Below, piece after piece: positions 27,082 to 36,803 of a stretch of DNA of 64,000 bases. Source of the stretch: an uncultured virus (IMG/VR IMGVR_UViG_3300035145_001531) (lineage: Duplodnaviria > Heunggongvirae > Uroviricota > Caudoviricetes). The notes below the pieces were generated by a model. It did not search any database. It was given only the letters and a program-made list of their open reading frames with translations, and was not told where the DNA came from. The stretch lies in IMG/VR virus record IMGVR_UViG_3300035145_001531; one strand, 5' to 3'. The translations under genes and the position numbers were made by a program. Numbering within the stretch: the stretch's first letter is position 1; each line of letters starts with the position of its first letter.

Positions 27082-28083
27082 ATGTCATTATTTACTGAAA
27101 GAATTCCATTTAAACCATTTGAGTACCCTGAATACTACACGGAGGGTTGGTTGAAACAAGCTCAAGCATTCTGGTTACATACAGAGATCTCCATGCAAGG
27201 AGACGTAAAGGACTGGAACGAAAATTTACTACCACACGAGAAACATTTAGTAGGTAATATTCTTTTAGGTTTTGCACAAACAGAGTGTGCAGTATCAGAT
27301 TATTGGACTCAATACGTGACAACATGGTTTCCTAAACACGAGATCAAGCAAATGGCTATGATGTTTGGGTCACAAGAAACAATTCACGCAACGGCTTACT
27401 CTTATCTAAACGAGACTTTAGGTCTTGAAGATTTTGAAGCGTTCTTACATGAGCCGGCAACTGCAGATAAATTTGAACTATTAACTTCTACATCTGCACC
27501 ATATACACACGAAGATCTAAAAAGAAACAGTGAGGCTAGAAAAGAAGTGGCTAGATCTTTAGCGATCTTTTCAGCATTTGCTGAGGGTTGTTCACTCTAT
27601 AGTTCTTTTGCTGTTTTATACTCTTTCCAAATGAGAAACTTATTAAAGGGTATCGGTCAGCAAATGAAGTGGTCAGTAAGAGATGAATCTCTACACTCTA
27701 GAATGGGATGTAGACTATTTAGACACATGTGTGAAGAATACCCAGATTTGAAACAATCGGTTAAGGCGGATGTATTAAAAGCAGCTGGGCTAATCAAAGA
27801 ATTAGAGCATAAGTTTATCGATAAGATGTTTGAAAAAGGAGATCTAGATAACTTAAAAGCTAAAGATTTAAAGAATTTTATTACTAAGAGAGTAAATGAA
27901 AAATTAGTTGAGCTAGGTTACGAATCAGCATTTGAATATGACGAGGAATCTGCAGATCAATTGGAATGGTTCTACCATCTAACCGGAGGTCACACTCACA
28001 CAGACTTCTTTGCAATCAGACCTACTGATTATGCTAAAGCTGGTGAAGGTGAAAACTGGGACGAAGACGACTTATTTGATTAA
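27082..28083 (+). CDS. nrdB: Ribonucleotide reductase class Ia beta subunit
   Basis: QETIHATAYS, EG..LYSSF, RDESLH, TDFF. Confidence 0.95.
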   Translation: MSLFTERIPFKPFEYPEYYTEGWLKQAQAFWLHTEISMQGDVKDWNENLLPHEKHLVGNILLGFAQTECAVSDYWTQYVTTWFPKHEIKQMAMMFGSQETIHATAYSYLNETLGLEDFEAFLHEPATADKFELLTSTSAPYTHEDLKRNSEARKEVARSLAIFSAFAEGCSLYSSFAVLYSFQMRNLLKGIGQQMKWSVRDESLHSRMGCRLFRHMCEEYPDLKQSVKADVLKAAGLIKELEHKFIDKMFEKGDLDNLKAKDLKNFITKRVNEKLVELGYESAFEYDEESADQLEWFYHLTGGHTHTDFFAIRPTDYAKAGEGENWDEDDLFD

Positions 28084-28092
28084 AAGATTATT

Positions 28093-29913
28093 ATGACAGA
28101 CAAAGAAATAAACCACGGAGAATCACTCGGCTGGGAATTAGGAGTGGACTTTCCACTCTGGGCAAACACCGAGGTATATGTAAAAACAATTTCAGCAGGT
28201 TACCTATTTACTGGCGAAAAACCAAAAGACGCATACTGGAGAGTATCTACTACAGTTGCAAGGCGTTTAGGTAAACCTGAATTAGCAAGCAAATTTTTTG
28301 ATTATATCTGGAAAGGCTGGTTGAACCTAGCCTCTCCAGTTTTATCTAATACCGGACTAGAAAGAGGTCTTCCGATCTCATGTTTTGGCATTGATGTTGC
28401 CGACTCAATCCACGACATCGGTGCAAAGAACTTAGAGATGATGCTACTCGCTAAACATGGCGGCGGTGTCGGTATTGGTGTAAACCAAATCAGACCTGCT
28501 GGTAGCAAAATCACAGGCAACGGTACGTCAGACGGTGTTGTACCTTTTTGTAAGATCTATGACTCAACAATCTTGGCTACAAATCAAGGTTCAGTGAGAA
28601 GAGGTGCCGCATCTGTTAATATCGATATTGAGCACGGCGATTTCTGGGAATGGCTAGAGATTAGAGAGCCAAAGGGCGACGTTAACAGACAATCTCTTAA
28701 CTTACACCAATGTGTGGTTGTACCGGACGGCTTTATGCAAAAGGTACAAGAAGGTGACAAAGAGGCTAGAAAGAGATGGGTTGCAGTACTTAGAAAAAGA
28801 AAAGCAACAGGTGAGCCTTATGTAATGTTTAAGGGTAATATTAATAGAGCTAATCCAGATGCTTACAAACAGAATGGTTTAAAAGTCTATATGACTAATA
28901 TTTGCTCTGAGATTACCCTACATACTGATGAGTCACACTCTTTTGTATGTTGCCTTAGCTCAGTGAATTTAGCAAAATATGATGAGTGGAAAGACACAGA
29001 TCTTATTTACACTGCAACATGGTTCCTAGATGGAGTTTTAGATGAATTTATTCAGAAGGCAAAATTCATGAGAGGTTTTGAGAACTCAGTTAGATCTGCA
29101 GAAAAAGGTAGAGCATTGGGACTAGGAGTTTTAGGATGGCATACTTATTTACAAGAAAGAGGTATTCCATTTGAAGGTATGGCTGCTCAATTTGAAACAC
29201 GTAAGATTTTCCAACAATTAAGAACTGAAACTGAAAAGGCAAGTAGAGATATGGCACAGGAATTCGGTGAACCTCTATGGTGTGTTGGTACGGGGATGAG
29301 AAATACTCACCTGAGAGCCATTGCGCCAACCGTATCGAACTCAAAACTAGCTGGTAATGTATCTGCAGGTATTGAGCCTTGGGCTGCTAACGTGTTTACA
29401 GAACAAACAGCAAAGGGTACTTTCATTAGAAAAAATCCAGTGTTAGAAGAGTTCTTACAAATGATTAATAGAAACTCTAGAAAAACTTGGGATAAGATTT
29501 TAGAAGATGGAGGATCTGTACAAGGTCTAGACTTTATCGAAGATTACTATGTAAAATTAGGAACTTCTATTACAGATAGAGATAACGTTATTACAAAAAC
29601 TAAGTTTGAAGCACTATCTGAAATGGATAAAAACAACTGGGAGCCTGTAAAGAATATCTTTAAAACATTTAAAGAGATTAACCAATTAGATTTGGTCAAG
29701 CAAGCAGGTATTAGACAACAATATGTTGACCAGGCTGTTAGTTTGAACTTGGCATTCCCAACTGAAGCAGATACTAAGTTTATTAATAAAGTACATTTAG
29801 AAGCTTACAAAGAGGGAGTGAAAACGCTTTATTACATGCGAACAGAATCTGTACTAAGAGGCGACATTGCAGCCGCTGCTACAGATCCAGATTGTCTAGC
29901 ATGTGACGGTTAA
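28093..29913 (+). CDS. nrdA: Ribonucleotide reductase class Ia alpha subunit (no ATP cone)
   Basis: PISCF, GGGVG, TNICSEI, APTVSNS, TLYY, C-terminal CLACDG. Confidence 0.95.
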   Translation: MTDKEINHGESLGWELGVDFPLWANTEVYVKTISAGYLFTGEKPKDAYWRVSTTVARRLGKPELASKFFDYIWKGWLNLASPVLSNTGLERGLPISCFGIDVADSIHDIGAKNLEMMLLAKHGGGVGIGVNQIRPAGSKITGNGTSDGVVPFCKIYDSTILATNQGSVRRGAASVNIDIEHGDFWEWLEIREPKGDVNRQSLNLHQCVVVPDGFMQKVQEGDKEARKRWVAVLRKRKATGEPYVMFKGNINRANPDAYKQNGLKVYMTNICSEITLHTDESHSFVCCLSSVNLAKYDEWKDTDLIYTATWFLDGVLDEFIQKAKFMRGFENSVRSAEKGRALGLGVLGWHTYLQERGIPFEGMAAQFETRKIFQQLRTETEKASRDMAQEFGEPLWCVGTGMRNTHLRAIAPTVSNSKLAGNVSAGIEPWAANVFTEQTAKGTFIRKNPVLEEFLQMINRNSRKTWDKILEDGGSVQGLDFIEDYYVKLGTSITDRDNVITKTKFEALSEMDKNNWEPVKNIFKTFKEINQLDLVKQAGIRQQYVDQAVSLNLAFPTEADTKFINKVHLEAYKEGVKTLYYMRTESVLRGDIAAAATDPDCLACDG

Positions 29914-29953
29914 CCCGGGTACCCGATCCGGGGGTTAAAAAAATGTTTATCTT

Positions 29954-30130
29954 ATGCTAACTAAAGAACAAACATTTGGAGTGGTTCGCCACATTTTAAC
30001 CACGCTTGGTGGATCGATTGTTGCAAAAGGTTGGATTGACGAATCTATGATGGTAGAAGCAGTAGGACTGCTAATAGGTATTATGGGTTTTATCTGGTCA
30101 TTCGCGGCAAAAAAGAAAGCCAAAGCTTAA
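29954..30130 (+). CDS. Small two-helix membrane protein, holin-like (58 aa; not in the ORF track)
   Basis: MLTKEQTFGVVRHILTTLGGSIVAKGWID...GLLIGIMGFIWSFAAKKKAKA: two hydrophobic segments and a basic tail. Confidence 0.65.
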   Translation: MLTKEQTFGVVRHILTTLGGSIVAKGWIDESMMVEAVGLLIGIMGFIWSFAAKKKAKA

Positions 30131-30189
30131 TTATTTTATCTAGTTGTGGTTTAGTCCACGACTTAGGACCGGGATAGTTCTCGGATTAA

Positions 30190-30226
30190 GAGGCCAGGAG
30201 TTCGCTACTTCCTGGCCTCACTTTTT
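30190..30226 (+). terminator. Intrinsic terminator
   Basis: GAGGCCAGGA...TCCTGGCCTC followed by ACTTTTT. Confidence 0.75.
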
Positions 30227-30278
30227 ATGAAACAACTCACTCCCATACCATATAATTACTAAACAAAATAATATTCAG

Positions 30279-31022
30279 ATGAAATTACAAATTGATCGAA
30301 TTGACCAGCACGCTTTAACCGACTTCATTAATCGAGTTAAGCTAATCGACTCCTTTGTCTATATGAAAATTAAAGATGGACAAATTAAGTCAGCAGTTTA
30401 CTTACCACAGCGAGACGCAGTGAAATCTCACTCAGTAGCATGTGATAAGATTTTTCAAATTAGTGAGTGGCCAGATACTGACCTAGAGATGAAAGTTGCT
30501 TTCTTCGAAGGTGCGAAGGTAATTGATGCCATTAAGCACTTTGATGCAGATGCTATTAAAGGTGAGTTAGAATTTATCGAACAAGAGGGAGAACTTATCG
30601 CATCTTCTTTAAGAATGTTTAATGATGAACTTGAAATTACTTTATCTTGTTCAGAGCCTTCTCTTGGATTTAAAGACTTAACTCCAGAGCAGCAAAATGC
30701 AATTTTTGCAGTTGATAGCACTCAATTTAGCTTTAACATTGATACACATACTATCAATAAAGTTAAAAATCTATTTGGACTTGATAAAGACGAAACATTT
30801 AGCGTGAAGGCAAATGGAACCGGAGTTAGCGTTAATGGTAAATCATTTAATGCGGTGATTAACCCACAATCAAACGGCGCTGGAGAAGTAACTGTCTATA
30901 AAAAGTATTTAAATCTACTAGACCGCGAAGAACAAACAGTACATGTTACAGATTCAAAAATTGTCTTCCAGTCTACAGAATCTGAAACTTTATTAACAGT
31001 ATCTACTTGCCAAACGGCGTAA
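30279..31022 (+). CDS. gp45: Probable sliding clamp
   Basis: 247 aa, two-domain alpha/beta pattern, directly before the polymerase C-terminal gene; clamp loader genes are in the window. Weak motif evidence. Confidence 0.55.
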   Translation: MKLQIDRIDQHALTDFINRVKLIDSFVYMKIKDGQIKSAVYLPQRDAVKSHSVACDKIFQISEWPDTDLEMKVAFFEGAKVIDAIKHFDADAIKGELEFIEQEGELIASSLRMFNDELEITLSCSEPSLGFKDLTPEQQNAIFAVDSTQFSFNIDTHTINKVKNLFGLDKDETFSVKANGTGVSVNGKSFNAVINPQSNGAGEVTVYKKYLNLLDREEQTVHVTDSKIVFQSTESETLLTVSTCQTA

Positions 31023-31023
31023 T

Positions 31024-32232
31024 ATGGATGTAACCACACTTACTGAGAAACCAATCGATCAACTTAGTAGAGAAGAGGCAGAGCTGCTTGTAAATCATTA
31101 CAAGCAGTTATCTGCTAAATATACTGCGTATGAACAAGCTGTAAAATTAACTCTTAACTCTATCTACGGCGCATTTGGTAATAAGTGGTTTCATTTCTTT
31201 AATATTAACATTGCAGAGTCTATTACAAAGCAGGGTAAAAATGCTATCCTTTACTCTGAGGCAATACTTAATAAGTATGTTAAAGAGTTTTGGCATAAAG
31301 ATACTGCAGTACACCAGAACTTCGGTATTAGAGTAAAGGGTAAAGTTGAAAAACCAGCAGTAATCTATATCGACACGGACTCATGTTATGTGCAGTTTCA
31401 AGATTTATATGAAACTATCATTTGGGAAGACGATGATAAAAAATTATCAATCGATGAATTTATTTTAGCATTTTATGCATTTAGACTTAAAGACTATATC
31501 ACTGCGTGTATGCAAAAATATGCCGACTCTAGAAATACGGATAATTTCTTAGTATTTGAATTAGAGTCACTTGCATATAATGGCATTTGGATGTCCAAGA
31601 AGAAGTATATTCAGAATATCGCATGGGATGATAAACTTGAAGTAACAGATCGACACCCATCATTGAAGAAGGTAAAAACGATCGGTTTTGATACAATCCA
31701 ATCTTCTACTCCTAAGTTTGCTAGAGAGAAATTAGTTGAAGCACTTAAAATTTTATTTAAGTCTGGTAAAACACCAGGTGCAGATGAATTACAAGAGCTG
31801 GTTAGTTTTATGAAGAAATCTAAGAAAGAATTTCAACTTGCAGATACAGACGATATTGCATTTAATCGTAGAACTAATAATATTGAAAAATATATTGTTG
31901 ACGACCAAATTGAATTTCAAGTAGGTCTAAAATGTCCAGCCAATGTAAAGGCTGCCGGCTACTATAACTATGTATTAAATCAAAATAGCAAGTATAAAAA
32001 CAAATACAAAGTGATCGGTAACGGCGAGAAGCTAAAAATCTACAATTGTAAAACTCCGATCTCAGAAGTTTATGCTTATCTACCAGGAGAACATCCCTAT
32101 GAAATTGCACCACCAATAGACTATGATACACAATTTGAAAAGTGTATGATTGACCCTCTTAACAGGGTATTGAAAGCAATCGGACTACAAACATTAGACA
32201 CTAATCTAATCTATGCATCAGCATTATTTTAA
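31024..32232 (+). CDS. gp43: Split family B DNA polymerase, C-terminal part (fingers helix, palm motifs B/C, thumb)
   Basis: KLTLNSIYGAFGN, YIDTDSCY, KKKY, SSTP, C-terminal clamp-binding-like ASALF. Confidence 0.92.
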   Translation: MDVTTLTEKPIDQLSREEAELLVNHYKQLSAKYTAYEQAVKLTLNSIYGAFGNKWFHFFNINIAESITKQGKNAILYSEAILNKYVKEFWHKDTAVHQNFGIRVKGKVEKPAVIYIDTDSCYVQFQDLYETIIWEDDDKKLSIDEFILAFYAFRLKDYITACMQKYADSRNTDNFLVFELESLAYNGIWMSKKKYIQNIAWDDKLEVTDRHPSLKKVKTIGFDTIQSSTPKFAREKLVEALKILFKSGKTPGADELQELVSFMKKSKKEFQLADTDDIAFNRRTNNIEKYIVDDQIEFQVGLKCPANVKAAGYYNYVLNQNSKYKNKYKVIGNGEKLKIYNCKTPISEVYAYLPGEHPYEIAPPIDYDTQFEKCMIDPLNRVLKAIGLQTLDTNLIYASALF

Positions 32233-32237
32233 TAATT

Positions 32238-32441
32238 ATGAAAGATAATAAATTTACAAAAATCATGAAGTTAGTAGAACAATACCCTAACGACATGGAA
32301 CTAGGCGAAAAGATAAGAGAGATTTACTGGAATAACAGAAAGGTTGAAGATCCTAATCAGTTAAAGATTGAATTTCCAGTAGATCCTGTACATATTACAG
32401 ATGCAGATATTGAATCTTTTGCTGCAAGATCAGAAGATTAA
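32238..32441 (+). CDS. Hypothetical protein
   Basis: YPNDMELGEKIR; tight packing with neighbours. Confidence 0.65.
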   Translation: MKDNKFTKIMKLVEQYPNDMELGEKIREIYWNNRKVEDPNQLKIEFPVDPVHITDADIESFAARSED

Positions 32442-32442
32442 T

Positions 32443-32820
32443 ATGGAAGATTCTATAAAATCAAAGATGGTATTACACCAAACGGACGTTAGACCGTGGG
32501 GTGAATATGAAGTCTTATTAGACTCAGATGATTGTAAAGTTAAAAAAATTACAGTTGCGCCTGGACAAAGACTTTCGTACCAGTACCATGAAAACAGAAG
32601 AGAGCAATGGGTTGTCGTTAACGGACAATTAACTGTAGTACTAAACGGAAGGGACGTGGTACTCAATCCAGGTATGACTCTTTCTATCCACATTGGTGAT
32701 AAGCACCGAGCGTGGAATAAAACAGATTCTCCAGTAGAATTTATTGAAGTACAAACAGGAACGTATTTTGGAGAGGATGACATCATAAGAATAGAAGATG
32801 ACTATGGCAGACAAGATTAA
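32443..32820 (+). CDS. Cupin, mannose-6-phosphate isomerase type II C-terminal-like
   Basis: RPWG.Y, VKKI.V.PGQRLSYQYH..R.E.W, IEVQTG.YFGEDDIIRIEDDYGR. Confidence 0.9.
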   Translation: MEDSIKSKMVLHQTDVRPWGEYEVLLDSDDCKVKKITVAPGQRLSYQYHENRREQWVVVNGQLTVVLNGRDVVLNPGMTLSIHIGDKHRAWNKTDSPVEFIEVQTGTYFGEDDIIRIEDDYGRQD

Positions 32821-33004
32821 TATAGAGGATCTACCACATGAACAACAAGTCTATGTAAGAGAATATCAAAGAATCTTACATGGACTTTCAGATATTCAAG
32901 AGGGTATTAAAACTTTACAAGAAAGAGCAAAAGCTTTGACTGAAGAGCTTAATACATTAAGGGCTAAAGAAAAAGCAGAATTCGGTGATGACCATATACT
33001 TTAA
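32798..33004 (+). CDS. Small coiled-coil protein
   Basis: 68-aa heptad pattern; fills the gap. Confidence 0.6.
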   Translation: MTMADKINIEDLPHEQQVYVREYQRILHGLSDIQEGIKTLQERAKALTEELNTLRAKEKAEFGDDHIL

Positions 33005-33047
33005 ACAAAGTGTAGTATTACCATATAACTAAATAAAATAATAAGAC

Positions 33048-34160
33048 ATGGCTAAAAAGAACGAATTTAGTTTTGATGACATAAACAAAGAGTTGGCGGA
33101 ACTTAATCCACTCGGCTCTGTTATGGAGCACTCAACATTTAGTGAAGTTACAGAATGGATTGACACCGGTAACTATCACTTAAACGCATGTGTCAGTGGT
33201 TCACTTTTTAAAGGGTGGCCTAATAATAGATCTTGCTCAATTGCAGGACCTTCTGGTACAGGTAAAACATTCTTAATCTTAAACTCGATCGCAAGAGCAA
33301 TCGATATGGGTTACAATGTTATCTTTTATGATTCAGAGGCTGCTGTAGACAGAGAGTTAATGAAGAAGTTCGGTATCGACACTGAGAAGGTAAATTATCA
33401 GCCATGTAATACAGTACAAGAGTTTAGAACATCTGTAACTTCTATTACAGGTAAGATGCAAGAGGCAAAACGCAAAGGTATCGACCTACCTAAGATTATG
33501 ATTATCTTAGATTCTGCTGGTAACTTGGCAACAATGAAAGAGATTGAAGACGCGAAGTCGGGATCTGAGAAATCAGATATGACCAGATCAAAAGTTCTTA
33601 AGTCTATCTTTAGAATTATTATGACTCCTTTAGCTGACTTAAAAATTCCATTTCTATTTACTAACCACACGTATCAGACACAAGACTTTATCTCAAGACA
33701 AGTTGCCGGCGGTGGTACTGGACCTGAGTATGCTGCGTCGATCGTTTTATTCCTAAATAAGGCACAACTAAAAGAAGGCGGTGAGAAGGCAGGTATTATT
33801 GTAACTGCAAAACCAAATAAAAATAGATTTGCAAAACCACATCCTATTAAGTTCCACTTACACTTTACTGAGGGTATGAACAGATATGTCGGACTAGAAC
33901 AATATATTGATTGGGAAGATGTTGGTATTGCAAAGGGTAATATTGAAAAGGGTGTTAAAGTACCAAAAGCCAGTGCCAGAAACTGGATCTGTAAACACCT
34001 AGACGAAACAGTACCCAACTCAGAGTTTTTCACTGAAAAAGTCTTTACCGAGGAAGTACTTCAGAAGATTGAAAAGAAGATTCAGCCTCTTTTCAACTAT
34101 AATACTGAAGCTAGAGAAATCGATATTGACGAAATCTTAGAAGAGAGTGAAGCTGAATAA
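33048..34160 (+). CDS. uvsX: UvsX/RecA-like recombinase
   Basis: GPSGTGKT, FYDSE, ILDS.GNL, TNHTY, GGG.G..YAAS, KNRF. Confidence 0.92.
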   Translation: MAKKNEFSFDDINKELAELNPLGSVMEHSTFSEVTEWIDTGNYHLNACVSGSLFKGWPNNRSCSIAGPSGTGKTFLILNSIARAIDMGYNVIFYDSEAAVDRELMKKFGIDTEKVNYQPCNTVQEFRTSVTSITGKMQEAKRKGIDLPKIMIILDSAGNLATMKEIEDAKSGSEKSDMTRSKVLKSIFRIIMTPLADLKIPFLFTNHTYQTQDFISRQVAGGGTGPEYAASIVLFLNKAQLKEGGEKAGIIVTAKPNKNRFAKPHPIKFHLHFTEGMNRYVGLEQYIDWEDVGIAKGNIEKGVKVPKASARNWICKHLDETVPNSEFFTEKVFTEEVLQKIEKKIQPLFNYNTEAREIDIDEILEESEAE

Positions 34161-34446
34161 AGATAAGCTGCCGATCAAGTATATCCTAGGGATAGAAAAA
34201 GATCTACCGGATTATCCTACCGCACTAGATGTTTTATACGCTGAAGTAAAACTGTGTAATAGAAACCCAGAAAGATATAAGGGTAGTTTTACCTACCATG
34301 CACTAAAGACCTACCGCTTTCCAGAATCAGACCACGATCGAATATTACAGTCTGCAAAAGAGCTGGTTAATTTAGGTCTTTGTGAACAAACAAATGATGA
34401 AGCTGGAAAAGAGGCTTTTAAAATCCTAATTAATCCATTCGAATGA
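34147..34446 (+). CDS. Hypothetical protein
   Basis: 99-aa ORF overlapping both neighbouring genes. Confidence 0.6.
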   Translation: MKLNKDKLPIKYILGIEKDLPDYPTALDVLYAEVKLCNRNPERYKGSFTYHALKTYRFPESDHDRILQSAKELVNLGLCEQTNDEAGKEAFKILINPFE

Positions 34447-35021
34447 TAGCAGTATTTGACAATTTTATTAAAGACCCCGAGTTACTACAAGAGATAGAGA
34501 CAAACTATAACTATATCTTTAGAGAGCCTGGTGTCTATAAGTGGTGGAATGGTTGGTGGAATACAGAAGCCAACAATACTACAAAAAAGATAATTCAATA
34601 TGTATGGGGTGAACATTGCCCTATCGCAGATGGGTTTTCAATTGATGGCTTTGAATACTGGACTGGAATTCAAACTGCGGCCGATATAGAAGATGATTGG
34701 AAAGATAATCTACAGATTCATTTCGATAAGGATGAAGCGTGGTGGCAAAAGACAAAAGAAGTGGTAAGTCCCGTGATAGGTAGCGTATATTACCCAGCGG
34801 GCCAGGACTTTGATGGAGGGGATCTTGCAATATACACAGATGGCCGAGATTCGACCCCAGAGATTGTGAAAGCAAAACCTAATAGATTTATTATCTTTCA
34901 GGCAGGACAAGACCTGCACACAGTACAACAAGTCACACGAGGTGTTAGAAACGCTATCGCAATTAATCTATGGGAAAATGAACCCTACTCTAAACAAGTT
35001 GGCGAGTTAACCATAGAATAA
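34443..35021 (+). CDS. 2OG-Fe(II) oxygenase
   Basis: HFD iron-binding motif, GGDL, distal H (LHTV), R.AIAINLW. Confidence 0.85.
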   Translation: MIAVFDNFIKDPELLQEIETNYNYIFREPGVYKWWNGWWNTEANNTTKKIIQYVWGEHCPIADGFSIDGFEYWTGIQTAADIEDDWKDNLQIHFDKDEAWWQKTKEVVSPVIGSVYYPAGQDFDGGDLAIYTDGRDSTPEIVKAKPNRFIIFQAGQDLHTVQQVTRGVRNAIAINLWENEPYSKQVGELTIE

Positions 35022-35035
35022 GTAAAAACATTAAT

Positions 35036-36352
35036 ATGCAGTTTGGACAAGACTTTGAAAAAATATTCTTTAGACTCTCATTAGAGAAGCCTAAATACTT
35101 ACAGGCAATCAAATTTAACTTCTACACTTCAGAAGAGATTGATGCCTTAAGTTATTTAGCTAATAAGTTCTACGCTAAGTTTAATGAGACTCCATCTAAA
35201 GAGAACTTAAAGCTGTTAGTCCAAAATCACCCTAAATCTAAAGAGAGGGTCTCAGATGAGATTCTAGATATTGTCTTTGATGTGGATCTAGACAAATACG
35301 ATGAAGAGTGGTTAACTAATACTGCAGAAGCTTGGATTAAGTGGAGAACATTTAATAACTCATTAACAGATACAATTGAGTATATTAAAACCACAGATGT
35401 TAATCCAGAAAATGTAGAAGCTATCGTAACCAAAGTAAAGGGTTTAATTAACGATAGAAATAATTTAACATTCAACTCAGATCTTGGTCTTAACTTCTTT
35501 GACTTTGATGCACACGACCAGAAAGAGGCTGAGAAAGTGAGTACAGGTTACAACTTCTTAGACCGAATGTTAGGTGGGGGTTATGATAAAGGTGGTAATC
35601 TAGTTGTTTATGCTGGTGAGCAGAACATTGGTAAATCCATTTATCTAGCCAATGATGCAGCTAACTTTGTCAAGATGGGTACAAATACTGTAGTTATCAC
35701 AGCAGAGATGGCAGCACATAAATTTGTAAAAAGAATTGGTGCTAACCTTCTTAATATCCGCATTGACGAATATCCCGAGAAGGCTAAAAATAGAGACCAC
35801 ATTAAAAGAAGATTGGAAACGGTTGGTGACGGGTTTACCCCTCCAGGGCAACTTTATGTAAAACAATTCCCAACATCTCAGGCTACAGTCTTAGATATTG
35901 AAGCGTATGTCGCGCAAATAGAAGAAGAGTTACAGATTAAAGTCGGTGCAGTTGTAATTGACTACATCAACATTTTGGCTAATTATCGTAACCAAAATAC
36001 GGAGAATACATATATGAAGATCAAGCAAATTGCAGAAGACCTTCGTGCGATGGGTATTCGTAATAATTGGTTGATTGTCACTGCTACTCAAATAAACAGA
36101 AACGGCTATAATTCTTCAGATATTTCCATGTCCGACGTTGCAGAATCTGCAGGTCTATCACATACAGCTGACGTAATGCTTGGTATTATCCAAGATGACT
36201 TAATGCGTGCTAATCAAGAGTACTGGCTAAAGGTACTTAAGATTAGAGACGGTGAGGGTAAAGGTAATAAGTGTAAGTTAAATGTCGACTACAACTATAT
36301 GCGATTGAATGAAACGGATGATGTAACAAACTCCAGCATTCACGGCATTTAA
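35036..36352 (+). CDS. gp41: Replicative DnaB-like helicase
   Basis: GEQNIGKS, TAEM, IDYINI, TATQINR, AESAGL..TAD, KIRDG. Confidence 0.93.
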   Translation: MQFGQDFEKIFFRLSLEKPKYLQAIKFNFYTSEEIDALSYLANKFYAKFNETPSKENLKLLVQNHPKSKERVSDEILDIVFDVDLDKYDEEWLTNTAEAWIKWRTFNNSLTDTIEYIKTTDVNPENVEAIVTKVKGLINDRNNLTFNSDLGLNFFDFDAHDQKEAEKVSTGYNFLDRMLGGGYDKGGNLVVYAGEQNIGKSIYLANDAANFVKMGTNTVVITAEMAAHKFVKRIGANLLNIRIDEYPEKAKNRDHIKRRLETVGDGFTPPGQLYVKQFPTSQATVLDIEAYVAQIEEELQIKVGAVVIDYINILANYRNQNTENTYMKIKQIAEDLRAMGIRNNWLIVTATQINRNGYNSSDISMSDVAESAGLSHTADVMLGIIQDDLMRANQEYWLKVLKIRDGEGKGNKCKLNVDYNYMRLNETDDVTNSSIHGI

Positions 36353-36368
36353 AAATAAAATAAAAAAT

Positions 36369-36803
36369 ATGGCAAATGATAAAATCTTTAATAACAGTTT
36401 TGATACACCAGACTTTGAGTTAACAAGTATCAGCTTTGAACTAGATCCCTCAGTAAGAAACGACCAAGACGAAGAGGATAGAATCCACTATGAGATGATC
36501 GCTCGTAAGATCCATGAGCTGATTACAGTTTCTAGATTTAAAGTCTTTAATGACGTTGATGAGCTAGGTCGATGTAATAAATTAAAGAAAACTGATATTA
36601 ATGATGTTTATGGATATATTATAGATGAAATCGGAAGGAACTGGTCTAGAATAGATCTATTTAGTGAAATGTGCATCTATTTCGATATTAAACCGGCTAA
36701 ATTTTACAGTTCACTTTCCAATGTATATAAAGAAGACCTAATCCAAGAGTTAGATGCAAAAACCGGTATTTTAGAGAAGAAGAATATTAAAAGATTGTTT
36801 TAA
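36369..36803 (+). CDS. Hypothetical protein, possibly gp33-like late transcription co-activator
   Basis: C-terminal IDLFSEMC..FDI......SLS..YKE.L..E spacing recalls gp33; weak. Confidence 0.35.
   Translation: MANDKIFNNSFDTPDFELTSISFELDPSVRNDQDEEDRIHYEMIARKIHELITVSRFKVFNDVDELGRCNKLKKTDINDVYGYIIDEIGRNWSRIDLFSEMCIYFDIKPAKFYSSLSNVYKEDLIQELDAKTGILEKKNIKRLF

Noticed and set aside
30130..30230. tRNA gene
   Set aside because: Contains TTCG and hairpins but no acceptor stem, anticodon arm or cloverleaf; kept only as a candidate structured RNA.
26800..31150. Split intein or intron joining the polymerase halves
   Set aside because: No Cys/Ser-initiated intein N-block or His-Asn C-block at the fragment ends, and the intervening DNA holds intact ordinary genes.
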